A stretch of DNA of 64,000 bases from Planctomycetes bacterium UBA7888. Lineage in GTDB: Bacteria > Planctomycetota > UBA1135. Positions 29,132 to 39,700 of this stretch are shown here, one piece after another. The stretch spans positions 50,700 through 114,699 of the forward strand of contig DLRM01000008.1 of NCBI GenBank assembly GCA_002500505.1. The letters run 5' to 3'. Both the position numbers and the translations under genes were made by a program. How positions within the stretch are numbered: position 1 is the stretch's first letter; every line of letters starts with the position of its first letter. The notes below the pieces were generated by a model. It was not told the origin of the DNA. It saw only the letters and a list, made by a program, of their open reading frames with translations, and ran no database searches.

Positions 29132-29577
29132 AACTAGCCCTGGTCACTTCTACTGGCGGACACCTCTTGGAGATGATGAATCTCCGAGAAGCTTGGGAAG
29201 GGCACGAACGGTTTTTTGTGACTTTCCCCCTTCAAGATGCCAAGACCCTTTTGGATGGTGAAAAGGTTATTTGGGCATATCACCCCACAAACCGTAGCCT
29301 CAAGAACTTGATTCGCAACGTGTGGCTCGCATGGAAAGTCCTCCGCAAGGAACGGCCCGATGTCGTGGTTTCTACGGGAGCCGGCCCTGCCGTTCCATTT
29401 ATCTGGCTTGGGCGGATGATGGGCATGCGAACGGTTTACCTGGAATGTATCACTCGAATCCATTCCGTTTCTATGGCCGGAAAAATGATTCTTCCGGCGG
29501 TGGACAAGTTTTACGGCCAATGGGAAGAGCTAGCTAATCTTCATCCCAAGATTGATTGCGACGGAAGGAATGTCTAA
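29128..29577 (+). CDS. PssD/Cps14F (Alg14-like) glycosyltransferase subunit
   Basis: STGGHLLEM, ERPDVVVSTGAG, YLEC, QWEEL motifs. Confidence 0.9.
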   Translation: MKLALVTSTGGHLLEMMNLREAWEGHERFFVTFPLQDAKTLLDGEKVIWAYHPTNRSLKNLIRNVWLAWKVLRKERPDVVVSTGAGPAVPFIWLGRMMGMRTVYLECITRIHSVSMAGKMILPAVDKFYGQWEELANLHPKIDCDGRNV

Positions 29578-30062
29578 TGATTTTCTTCACAGTTGGCACT
29601 GAGCAATTTGATTTTCTACGCATGATTCAAGCCGCAGACCTGGTGGCTAAGGCTCTCCCTGACGAGGAAGTTTTCATTCAAATTGCCGAAAACTCCCAAA
29701 CGCCGGAAGTCGCGCAATGGGAACGATGGCTCAGTTACCAAGAGTTTGTCCAAAGAGTCCACGATGCCCGCATTGTGGTCACCCATGCAGGAGCTGGCTC
29801 CCTTTTGTCCTGCGCGTGGCAGGGAAAAGTCGCCATCACCGTCCCTCGCCTTCATAAATTCGGAGAACACGTGGACAATCACCAAACAGAGCTTGCTGAC
29901 AAGATGGCCAATCTCGGGCATGCCGTGATTGGCAAAACCCCAGAAGAACTTTGCAACTTAGTTTTAACCTACGATGAAGTTGTGCAAAAACTCCAAACCG
30001 GAGAAGTTTCGAAACCAACCCTGGGAAAGGCGCTCAAAAAATGGCTTGAGGAAGGGGCTTAA
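29577..30062 (+). CDS. PssE/Cps14G (Alg13-like, GT28 C-terminal) subunit
   Basis: MIFFTVGT, THAGAGS, PR...GEHVDNHQ motifs; TAATG overlap. Confidence 0.9.
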   Translation: MIFFTVGTEQFDFLRMIQAADLVAKALPDEEVFIQIAENSQTPEVAQWERWLSYQEFVQRVHDARIVVTHAGAGSLLSCAWQGKVAITVPRLHKFGEHVDNHQTELADKMANLGHAVIGKTPEELCNLVLTYDEVVQKLQTGEVSKPTLGKALKKWLEEGA

Positions 30063-30069
30063 AGCATAG

Positions 30070-30921
30070 ATGTTTCCCCCCTTCTTCCTTCTTCTCTCTC
30101 CTCTTCTCCAGGCTGCTCCTCCTCCGCCCGATCTTCCTCACCAGTCAGAAGCTGTTGAACTCCTACACAGGGCGGCAAAGCTACAAAACTCGGCGAGGAA
30201 CTCAGCCCCGGTCACAGGCTTCCACCTCAGCCTCAATATCCGAGAACGCAATCAATCTCGAAATGACTTTGACCTTGAGCTGAACTTTGACGCGCAAGGG
30301 GAACGCATTCGAATTGTTGTTGAAGATGCCAATAGGGGTACTCACCTCGCCAAAGGTTTTGACGGAAAAGCTTACTGGCTTAAGGAGCCAAAAAAGCCCA
30401 TTCTCTTCTTAGATGGAAGAGAATTTTCTCAAGACCGGGATGCCATTGAGCAAGCCATTGAGTTTTCGAACCACTTATTGCTCCTCCTAGATTTCAAACA
30501 CCTCCCTAAAGCCTGTGAAGAACTTAGCCTGATTCATTCCGATGAGGGGAAGTGGATTCGAGGCTTTCTTCCCCTTCAAGGCCAGAAAAGCTACTTCTTC
30601 TTACTCTTGAATCCGAAAACTCTTCTTGCCGATAAGTTGCGCATTGGAGTGCCCGCACGCAATGAAGATGGAGGCACTTTATTGAAGGAAGGCAAGCTTG
30701 TTTTCTCCCAGCTCACGGAATACGAACTTCTTCACTATCGCAGTTTTGCAGGCCTTCAAGCGCCGCAAGTGATTCGAGAATTCCTCCTCCTTCCCGAGCC
30801 TATTCAAAAGACTTCCACTGAAGTCGATCCTAATTTGCGACACCCTTCCAGAATTGTGGAAGTGCATAACCTCAACTGGCAAAAAAAGCCCAACACTTCT
30901 CCGCCCAAGACAACGGACTGA
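30070..30921 (+). CDS. Exported hypothetical protein, possible LolA-like fold
   Basis: Hydrophobic N-terminus; GFDGKAYW motif and beta-strand pattern. Confidence 0.55.
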   Translation: MFPPFFLLLSPLLQAAPPPPDLPHQSEAVELLHRAAKLQNSARNSAPVTGFHLSLNIRERNQSRNDFDLELNFDAQGERIRIVVEDANRGTHLAKGFDGKAYWLKEPKKPILFLDGREFSQDRDAIEQAIEFSNHLLLLLDFKHLPKACEELSLIHSDEGKWIRGFLPLQGQKSYFFLLLNPKTLLADKLRIGVPARNEDGGTLLKEGKLVFSQLTEYELLHYRSFAGLQAPQVIREFLLLPEPIQKTSTEVDPNLRHPSRIVEVHNLNWQKKPNTSPPKTTD

Positions 30922-30922
30922 A

Positions 30923-32629
30923 TCAGCGGCGGTAGAAGGCCTTTTCCAGGTCTTCGTTGGACAGGAAAACTCTTACGGGTCGACCATGAGCGCAGGTTCG
31001 GTCCTGCGGAAGATTGGCCCCTCGTCGCAGAAGGTCTTCCAAGGCGACTTGATCCAGATAGTCCCCAGCCATCACCGCTCCTCGGCATGCCATACGATGC
31101 AAAGCTTCTTCTTGGATTTTGTCCGGGGTCGCAGCCCGGAACTCCGAAGCAATCTCCAGAAGATCCATTACCAATTTTTCAGGGACAAGGCGAGACACTC
31201 GCGCAGGAACTGCATTAACCGCAATCGTGGATTCACCGAAAGCTTCGATTTCGACTCCTAATTTTGCAAAAATATCCTTATGAGCAATCAGTACATCTAA
31301 TTCAGTTTTTTCAACATCAATCAAAGAAGGCATGAGTAAAGGTTGAGAAACAACTGCGCCCTTTTGGACCTCCTTCCGTAGCTCCTCTAAATTCACCCGT
31401 TCATGAAGGGCATGCTGGTCAATAATCTCCATCCCGCCAGACACTTCCCGAACAAGAAAAGTTTTCGAAACGCTTAGAAAGTTACCAACAGCATCTTCAG
31501 GCTGAGAAAGAGGGAGTTCAAGAGGAACATCAGCCACAACCGATTCGCCCTGCGGAAGCGGCCGTTCCCAATCCCTCACTGGCTGAAAGGATGTGTCTGA
31601 GCTCGTTGTACTCCCAATTGAACCGAGCTTTCGGGTAGCCCAAGGAGCCGTGCTTAAACCACTCTGGAAAGATTTCAATATCATTCCAAAAACAAGGCGT
31701 TCGTCACGAAAACGCACTTCGGTTTTCTGAGGGTGCACATTAACATCCACCCTCACAGGAGGAACCACAAGAAATAGAAGGAGGCTTGGGTAATGTCCAA
31801 TGGGCACGAACTCCCGTACCCCCTCGCGAACAGCCCGCAACAACCGAGCATCTCGTACCCAACGACCATTAAGGAAGATGTGCACGCGGCCAGCATTTCG
31901 CCGAGCCGACTCGGGCGGTCCAATCCTAGCCTCTAATTTTAAACCAGGTGCTTCGGACGAAATCTCAAGCATTGCCTCGGCAACACCCTTGCCGTAAACG
32001 GCTGCGCATCGGCGCACTAAATTATCCTCAGGAGTCACTTCAAATATGTTCTTACCATCGTGGTCGCATCGAAAACCAACACCCGGATGCGCAAGAGCTA
32101 AGCGCTCCACCCAAGCTCGGCAGTGCGAAAATTCTGTGGCGGCTCGTTTCATAAATTTGAGGCGAGCCGGTAACTCCGCAAACAAGTCCTCGACCAAAAC
32201 ACGGGTTCCGGGAGCACAGGAAGCGGCTTGAACAGAGGAGCGCGTTCCAAACCGAGTCTTAAGAGAAGCACCCTCATGGTCTTTGCGACAGGACTGGATT
32301 TCCATCCGACTCACGGAAGCGATGGAAGCCAGAGCTTCTCCTCGAAACCCAAGTGTACCCACACTTTCTAAATCTTCTTGGGTTTTCAATTTAGATGTGG
32401 CGTGGGAAGTTAAAGCAAGCTCCAGTTCCGACTGCGGAATACCTGGCCCATTATCTCGAACTTCTATTCGGCGAAGGCCTCCTTCTTCAAGCAAAACATG
32501 GATGCGTTCGGCTCCAGCATCCAATGCGTTTTCCACAAGCTCCTTTACCACCGAAGCGGGTCGTTCGACCACTTCCCCAGCCGCAATTTGGTCCACCAGG
32601 ACGGGGTCTAATTTATGAATTCCACTCAC
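30923..32629 (-). CDS. mutL: DNA mismatch repair protein MutL (endonuclease-type)
   Basis: IAAGEVVERPASVVKELVEN, GFRGEAL, DQHALHER, ACR, CAHGRP. GTG 32629 overlaps the holA stop. Confidence 0.97.
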   Translation of the reverse strand: MSGIHKLDPVLVDQIAAGEVVERPASVVKELVENALDAGAERIHVLLEEGGLRRIEVRDNGPGIPQSELELALTSHATSKLKTQEDLESVGTLGFRGEALASIASVSRMEIQSCRKDHEGASLKTRFGTRSSVQAASCAPGTRVLVEDLFAELPARLKFMKRAATEFSHCRAWVERLALAHPGVGFRCDHDGKNIFEVTPEDNLVRRCAAVYGKGVAEAMLEISSEAPGLKLEARIGPPESARRNAGRVHIFLNGRWVRDARLLRAVREGVREFVPIGHYPSLLLFLVVPPVRVDVNVHPQKTEVRFRDERLVFGMILKSFQSGLSTAPWATRKLGSIGSTTSSDTSFQPVRDWERPLPQGESVVADVPLELPLSQPEDAVGNFLSVSKTFLVREVSGGMEIIDQHALHERVNLEELRKEVQKGAVVSQPLLMPSLIDVEKTELDVLIAHKDIFAKLGVEIEAFGESTIAVNAVPARVSRLVPEKLVMDLLEIASEFRAATPDKIQEEALHRMACRGAVMAGDYLDQVALEDLLRRGANLPQDRTCAHGRPVRVFLSNEDLEKAFYRR

Positions 32630-33777
32630 GCGCGACGGCTCCGATGATTGTGGAAAGCAAGCTGTTCCAAACTCTTCAAGTTGTCCCGTCGACCTTCCCG
32701 CTTCACATGACATTCTGCGGCGCGAATGGAATGAAGCACTTCTGTCAAACGGGAAGAGGAGGTGGAACGAATACGGCGCTCCATTCGTTTCGCAATCGGT
32801 CCAGTGGCAGGAAGACCGGCTTCTTTGCAAGCCTCCGGGAAAGACATTCCTTCCTCCATCGCAGCTAAAGCAGCAGCCGTTCGCCTACGCTCTCCCGCTA
32901 AAACCGAAAGGAGCATTGAAAAGGCATCTTGGGAGGCAATGCGTTTTCCGTCCCAAGAGCGCAATCCCCGACTTCGCAGACGAGAAAGGATGGCAAATGC
33001 GGAAGCACCATTCCCTGTGAGAACTGCCTCGGCAAATTCAAATGCACTACCCTCAGCGCTGTGAGCAACCGTTTCGCGAACTTGCTCCTCACTTATGGAG
33101 TCCGAATCCAAAAGGGCAAAGTGCTCCAAAGCTTGGCAAAGTTCCGCAGGGCGAGCGCCAGCAATTTGAACCAAAGTGCCTGAGGCCCCAGGAAGAAGGC
33201 GTATCCCCAGCAACTTAGCTTGGGAAGCTACAAATTGGGCCGCCTCCGATGCATCCAGGTCATTCGGGCGCCAAGGGGGTGGATCACCGTACAACCGGCG
33301 GAAACGCTCCAAGCGAAACTCCTCTCCAACGTCCTTACTCATCGCAGTCGCTAACTTGCTGCCGGCCGCACCGTCAAGTTGGAGAACCATCCAGTCAGGG
33401 CCTGAAGGATCTTTCGCGGCATCCAAAATTTGCTTGGATAGTTTCTTCCAACGAGTAAAAGCTCTCGTGGCCCTTCCAAAGACCAAAGCGCGCTGCCCCC
33501 CGCCAAACAAAGATGTTGAGCCCAAAAAGGCTTCCACGGGCCCCGGTTCAAAATCCGAAACCCCGCCGTCCAGATCTAAAAAGTCAATGCCATCCGTTGC
33601 TCGAGCCCGCTCGCGTGCCTTCCCTAGGATTTTTTCGGCAAACCAGGACTCTTCTTCACCTCGAGGCGGAGGAGCAAGAAGAAGGAGCTTGGGCAGTTTT
33701 CCTCGAGCGGCGAGTTCGCAAAGCTCGTGGCAGACCGAACCCGGATCTGGCTTCCGTTTGCGGGTGGCGGCACTCAT
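32626..33777 (-). CDS. holA: DNA polymerase III delta subunit (divergent)
   Basis: SLFGG, ISEEQV...SAFEFAEAV and C-terminal helical collar pattern. Confidence 0.7.
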   Translation of the reverse strand: MSAATRKRKPDPGSVCHELCELAARGKLPKLLLLAPPPRGEEESWFAEKILGKARERARATDGIDFLDLDGGVSDFEPGPVEAFLGSTSLFGGGQRALVFGRATRAFTRWKKLSKQILDAAKDPSGPDWMVLQLDGAAGSKLATAMSKDVGEEFRLERFRRLYGDPPPWRPNDLDASEAAQFVASQAKLLGIRLLPGASGTLVQIAGARPAELCQALEHFALLDSDSISEEQVRETVAHSAEGSAFEFAEAVLTGNGASAFAILSRLRSRGLRSWDGKRIASQDAFSMLLSVLAGERRRTAAALAAMEEGMSFPEACKEAGLPATGPIAKRMERRIRSTSSSRLTEVLHSIRAAECHVKREGRRDNLKSLEQLAFHNHRSRRA

Positions 33778-34652
33778 CCTGCCAGGATAGCGGCGGTTTG
33801 ATGAAGGTCGAGTGCAAGGCCGAAAAACCAAATCGGCCCTACCCAAGAATTCACCTGAAAGAAAGCTAAGGGAATTCGAGTCAACCCCCCCACTTGGATA
33901 AGGATGTGCTCACAAAGGAGAAGAGCGGCAACAAGCGCCAAACCAATCCAATAGAACTGTCCTAACCCTGCCTTTTCACCAAAGGTCCACCAAAGAAAAA
34001 TTGCAAGAATATGGAGAACAAGACTCAACGCCCTGGTGCGAGAGGCACCAAGTAACGAAGGTATCGAACGGAGCTTCTCTTTCCGGTCATGCTCCATGTC
34101 CTGCAAAGAGTAGAGGAGGTCAAAGCCTGAAACCCAAGCCAAGACACCACCACCAATCCAGAGGGGAAGAGCCCAGCCAGGGAGAAAGTCCTTGGAAATC
34201 GCCAGCCAGGCGCCGGCAGGGGAACAGGCCAGTCCAAGGCCCAAACCAAAATGGCAAAGAATGGTCCAGCGCTTGAGATAAGAATAACCCAACAATATGA
34301 CAAGGACCGGGATGGAAAACCATGCACAAATGGGCGCCAGCATCCACGATGCAAACACAAATAAAACCACATTCACTGCCACGAACATTTTAGTCCATGA
34401 AACCCGAATGGTTCCTGTCACGAGTTCTCTCTCCGCAGTCCTGGGGTTGCTCGCATCAAATTTCCGGTCAACGATTCGATTAAATGCCATAGCGGCATTG
34501 CGAGCAAAAACAGCAGCCAAAACAATCCAAAAAAAATCAGAGAGATTGGGTATTCCCTTCGCAGCAAGCCAAGCGCCACCCAGGGCAAACGGTAAAGCAA
34601 ACACGGAGTGCTCGAACCTAATCATCCGTAAGACACGACAAAGTTGGCTCAT
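33774..34652 (-). CDS. UbiA-family polyprenyltransferase (MqnP-like)
   Basis: IRFEHSVFALPF, AMAFNRIVDRKFDASNPRT, GFDLLYSLQD motifs. Confidence 0.92.
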   Translation of the reverse strand: MSQLCRVLRMIRFEHSVFALPFALGGAWLAAKGIPNLSDFFWIVLAAVFARNAAMAFNRIVDRKFDASNPRTAERELVTGTIRVSWTKMFVAVNVVLFVFASWMLAPICAWFSIPVLVILLGYSYLKRWTILCHFGLGLGLACSPAGAWLAISKDFLPGWALPLWIGGGVLAWVSGFDLLYSLQDMEHDRKEKLRSIPSLLGASRTRALSLVLHILAIFLWWTFGEKAGLGQFYWIGLALVAALLLCEHILIQVGGLTRIPLAFFQVNSWVGPIWFFGLALDLHQTAAILAG

Positions 34653-35266
34653 CTTTCGCTCGCACTCCCCTGCCAGGGTTGGACATGCTTCTGAGGAATC
34701 CCAAGGACTCCCAATATTTTTGCGCACACTTGATTCACAAGGTCATCTATGGAGCGCGGGTTGTGATAGAAGCCGGGACTTGCTGGAAGAATAGTGGCCC
34801 CTGCCCAAGCTAAACGACTCATACAGTCCAAATGAATTCTTGAAAGAGGAGTTTCGCGAGGCACCATAATCAACGGCTTTGCCTCCTTCAAAGCAACCTG
34901 GCAAACTCTCTCGATTAAATTGCCTGCTCTACCGCCAGAAACGGAGGCCAAAGTCGACAGAGAACACGGCACGATTATGGCTGCATGCCCGAGAGCAGAA
35001 CCGGATGCAGGGGGGGCTCCAATATCTTGAAACGAGTCCAATCGGACTTTGCTGCAATCCATGTCCTCAGGAAATAGAACCGACGGATCTTCACCCAAAA
35101 CAAGGCCACATTCCTCCGCTAAAACTCGTCGTGCAGCATCGCTATAACACAGGGAAACTTCAACATCGGCTTCTACAAGCATCTGCAAACAACGGAGCGC
35201 ATAAATTGCCCCGCTTGCGCCAGAGACTCCTAGGAAAACTTTGCGAAATGGGATGGTTTCGGTCAT
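34649..35266 (-). CDS. ubiX: Flavin prenyltransferase UbiX
   Basis: GVSGASG, ASGS, PCS, KE, PRETP, PGFY motifs. Confidence 0.95.
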   Translation of the reverse strand: MTETIPFRKVFLGVSGASGAIYALRCLQMLVEADVEVSLCYSDAARRVLAEECGLVLGEDPSVLFPEDMDCSKVRLDSFQDIGAPPASGSALGHAAIIVPCSLSTLASVSGGRAGNLIERVCQVALKEAKPLIMVPRETPLSRIHLDCMSRLAWAGATILPASPGFYHNPRSIDDLVNQVCAKILGVLGIPQKHVQPWQGSASER

Positions 35267-35973
35267 AGGATGAGAAGGGCATCGTAACTAGCGTGGGCCC
35301 AGGCGACGACCGCCAGGCCACGGAAACTGAAAAGGATTCCAAGGAGGATTCCAGCAAGAAATCGGTAGATGAGCGGTACTGTATCCATCGCAGATGGATT
35401 ACCCCACGTGTGAGCAAATGCGAACAAGGCAGAGGAGACAACAAAGGCAAGAACAAGAGAAATAATTGGACCTGCTTCTCGCCACCCAATCGAATAGAAA
35501 CCCGCTTTAAGAAGAATAAAAAGCCCACCAAGTAGCACGGCGCGAAATAGTAACTCTTCGTAAAGACCTGCGCCTGCGGCAAGGGCCAAGGCCCCGTGTA
35601 AGGTTGGAACACTTCCTCCTCCATCTTGCATGATTAACGGAATCTGTTCCATGAGAAGTTGAAGAACGGGTCCCAGGGCAACCCCCCAAAGAAGCCCCTC
35701 CAGAAAAATTAGAGCACTTCCTCCACGCCAAGCAAGGCCTTGCTCTCGAATTCGCCCAATGGCCCATAGGCAGAAAACGGCGAGGGTAATTCCAAGAACC
35801 CAATAGGCCGGAGAGCCAAACCAGCGGAACACCGACTCCACGAGACTGAACGCGCCGCTCTTCGCCAACTTCCAACCGCTTAAATGAATTAGCGCAAGAG
35901 GCAGCAGAAAGAGGAAGGTCACCGCAGGATCTTGGGATGCAGCGCCTAGGCGTTTGGCTTCTTTCCAGCTCAT
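35263..35973 (-). CDS. CPBP (CAAX/Abi) intramembrane metalloprotease
   Basis: EELLFR, FAFAH, HASYD motifs. Confidence 0.85.
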   Translation of the reverse strand: MSWKEAKRLGAASQDPAVTFLFLLPLALIHLSGWKLAKSGAFSLVESVFRWFGSPAYWVLGITLAVFCLWAIGRIREQGLAWRGGSALIFLEGLLWGVALGPVLQLLMEQIPLIMQDGGGSVPTLHGALALAAGAGLYEELLFRAVLLGGLFILLKAGFYSIGWREAGPIISLVLAFVVSSALFAFAHTWGNPSAMDTVPLIYRFLAGILLGILFSFRGLAVVAWAHASYDALLIL

Positions 35974-36686
35974 TCTTCGATAGCTTTTGTCTCGGGGACT
36001 ACACCAATTACAAGACGAGCCACGCCGCCTGTCAGGGGTCGGTCCTCCACTTGACTAAACCCTGCATCATTCATCCACTCGCCAAAAAGGGAAGGTGTGG
36101 CAAAACCATCCACACTCTCAGGAAGATACTCATAGGCACCGGTTCTTCCTGCGCGTGTAACCCTTGCCAAACGAGGAAGAATGTGATGAAAGTAAAACCG
36201 AAAAATTCCGCGCCAGAGACGATTCCGGATCGGGAAAAATTCGAGAACAGCTAATTTTCCTCCCGGCTTCAAAGTTCGAAAACATTCCTTTAACGCCGAT
36301 TGCGGATGAGCAACATTTCGAATCCCAAAGGCGATGCTAACCCCATGAAAGGAAGAAGAAGCAAACGGAAGGTGCTGAGCATCTGCGCGAGTCCATTCAA
36401 CCGACAAGGAAGAGTTCTCTGCTTTCTGATGAGCAAGAGGAAGCATAGGGCCCGTAAAATCAGCTCCAAAGACCTCGAAGCCCGATTGTGCGAATTCCAA
36501 GGCTAGGTCGCCCGTTCCACAACAAAGATCTAGAACAGCGCCCCCACAAGGGAGGTTCAGCCCTTCAACCGTTCGGCGGCGCCATCGGCGGTCAATGCCA
36601 AAGGAAAGCGCGCGATTCAAGAAATCGTACTGAGGAGCAATCTCCCCGAACATCTCTTGGATGACGGAACCAGGGGGGGCGGACAT
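35970..36686 (-). CDS. menG: Demethylmenaquinone methyltransferase (MenG/UbiE)
   Basis: YDFLNRALSFGIDRRWR, LDLCCGTGD, FGIRNV, YEYLPESV motifs. Confidence 0.93.
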   Translation of the reverse strand: MSAPPGSVIQEMFGEIAPQYDFLNRALSFGIDRRWRRRTVEGLNLPCGGAVLDLCCGTGDLALEFAQSGFEVFGADFTGPMLPLAHQKAENSSLSVEWTRADAQHLPFASSSFHGVSIAFGIRNVAHPQSALKECFRTLKPGGKLAVLEFFPIRNRLWRGIFRFYFHHILPRLARVTRAGRTGAYEYLPESVDGFATPSLFGEWMNDAGFSQVEDRPLTGGVARLVIGVVPETKAIEE

Positions 36687-36736
36687 AGGAACATTATCCC
36701 CAACCCTTACCCCAAAGTCGTAAAGGGATTCGACTT

Positions 36737-39700
36737 TTATTGGCGCCAGTAGCTCGCTAAAACCTGCGCCCCAGGTATCGAAATGGAGTCCACATAAAGG
36801 TTCCCAGTTGCCAGTTCAATGATGTCCAACTTGCCATTTGCGTTGGCAACGAAGAGGAACCTAGGCTTGCTCACAGCTCCCGCCAAAGTCCTGTAGAGAG
36901 ACTTCGAGGAGTGGTTTACTGTTTTGGCACCCGCTGTCATGCTGGTCACTTGGGAGAATCCTCCAAAGTTGCTCAAATCATCCATCGCAATGTCCACAAT
37001 GGTAGAGGAAGAGAGGTTCCCAATAAATTCTCGATTGATTGAGAATTCCTTGGAGCGGAAGGAAGGGTCGGGAAGAAAGCCATTGAGAGCCGTTTGGCGA
37101 GGGGTAGCGGGGGCATCCTTCAGGTAAAGTTCTGCAACGGAGGCTTTGGCATCCTTTCGGTAGGCAATGTATACACCATGCTGCATACTATTGGAATTAG
37201 GCTGAATCACCATGGCCGACTCAAAGCCAGATTGCCCGATTAGCGAAGGGACTCCAATGAAAGTGTCAAAACCAATACCTTGAATCCCATCGGGGCCAGA
37301 TTCGAAAATAGTGGTTTGGCCATCCTCCGAAATAACGAACGCAAAATACAAGCCTGTCCAGAACGGATGAGCAGCAGTATCCCGGTTAGTCACTGCAATC
37401 AGGCGAGGCTGGGCCACGCCAGGAATAATTTTCCGTACTTCCAAGTCCCCAGTTGAAATGAGGGCCATGGAATTGCTTGCTTCGCAAACTACCAAGACAT
37501 CTTCATCGTCAGGCTGCCAAACAATTTCACCCGGCCCAATGCCAACCCGGTTGTTGACAGTATCCACAAGGGAAGTCGAGTGCACAACAGTGTGAAAGTT
37601 AGGCGAAGTGGGATTGGTATCAATGAAGGTCACAGAATTCGTTCCACCGTTTGAAACAGCAAGCAAATTCATATCAGGTGCCATGGCTAGATCTCGGGGG
37701 TCTGGAACAGAAATTGTGTCCATGACCACCATGCGGTTGCTATTCACAACCACAATGCGATTTCCAGCAGAATCCAACACATAAAGCATGTGCCCAACTT
37801 TTTGTCTCAGGGTGAAGCCCACTGCAGCAGTGCCTGCGTAGCAACTTGAACTCGTGGCTTGCGGCCCATAGAAACCGGCATAAGTCAACATCGTGGTCAA
37901 AAGTCCGGTTGGGCCAGCGCCGCCAATAGTTCCGAATGGGTTGCCCGGGACCAGGAGGTTCACGGCATGTCCCCCACCTGCGTCACCAAAGGTTGGCTCC
38001 TCTGTCATGATGAGGGGCGCAAAACAAGAGGGAGCCAATCGAATACGAGGCGGGTTCGGGTGAGGTGCATGGCTAATAGAGTTGCCCGGATAAATTATGT
38101 TTCCGTTATAGGGGTGGATTTGGAAAGCGGAGCTTGCACACAAGTTCTGTCCACCAGAAAGACAATCCCAGTTATTGAAAAGCAAGTCCAAGGGGTGCCC
38201 AATCATCATGTCTGCAACCGTGCCCAAAGATTCACTCGTCATCAATTGTGTGCTCAATCGGCTGTCTTTTGCCAAGGTGAATACACCAGCCGAGCCACCC
38301 GCCAAAGTGGTGTTGTCATGAGAAAGTGGCGGGAACATGAAGGAACCCTGAGGGCTCGTCAGATTGGGATTGAAAGGAAACTTTGAAATGTCTCCCAAGT
38401 CATAAAAGGGATCGATTTCATTATGGGTTGGATCACCAGTACCTTGTCCAAAACCATCGAGGTCTAAAACGCGCATACCACCTGTTTCGCCTCCACCATT
38501 GGAAGCGATGTAAATCGCACCAGGAGCGACAGGCGCATTCACAATTCCTGGACATTCGCCATCAACTTCGAACTCAATATCAACAGTTTCCAAGCTGTTT
38601 GTGTCGTTATTGAAGAAAAGATCCTCGGCGGAATTGTCAAAATAAGTGATAAATGCTTGAGCAGCAGAGCCTTGAGGGTCACTTCCAGGGAAAGGAACCA
38701 CTGGAGTCACAATAAACTCAGTAAAGTCAAAGGGACTAACCGGCATCACGGTATAGGGAACCTTGACCTTCTGGCCAGGCTGTGGAAAGCCTGGTGGCAC
38801 ACCAGGCAAAAATTCGACTGTAAATTCGCTTGAAAGGGCCGGAGGAACAGTCGCGGGCAAGGGCCCCAATGAGTACGGCTGACAAGATTCATCCATGTGG
38901 AAATGGACCTCTTGGTCACAAGACACGTTAATCGCGTAATTAACCGGTTGGGTAACAAAATCTCCACCGTCCCCATCCAATAAAACTGCAGGCGGGGTGA
39001 TGTCGTTTCCTACCGTGGAAGTCGCCACACCGGGATCCACGAGTTGGCGGCTATCCCAGGAAAGGACAGAGTCGTCAATGACGACCCGAATCACAACATC
39101 CTCTGGGAAAGTTTCAAAAGTGCTCAAGTCATTGTCCGCATCCATAACAAAGGTGAAGACATTACCGCGAACGAGATCCCCAGCAGCGGGGAAAGAGCCG
39201 GACAAAACACCGATATCAGTGCCGGGATAGCCAACACCAGGTTGAACCAATATGCCATTCCGGTCAACAGTATCAACTAACACATGGTTGAAGCCATCTT
39301 GTGAAACCCATTGCTCCAGAACAGGAGGGTTGCCGTTGTAGGTCGATCCGCCCACAAAACCTTGGCCGTCAAGCTGGGTCGACAATCCCGTAGAGGGATC
39401 ATAGGCGACAACTTGAACCGCACCAGTTAAGCCATTGTTCGAAAGGCCACCAGCAGACGGGTCCAGAACGGAATCCGTTTCCAACGTTCGTGAGAACTTA
39501 ACGGAAACGAAGTGATTTCCGTTTTGTCCGCTTGGAATAATTGCGGAGGTTGGCCAGGCAGCCGGTGGAAGGACAGGGTTGAGCGCGGAAGGCGTGTTCG
39601 CCAACAAAGTGTCCAAGTCGCGGATTTCGACAAGCTGGTCCGTGGAGATGGATCCATCCGGATTAACCTTATGAACCAGATGCGGAAGCATTCGACCAAA

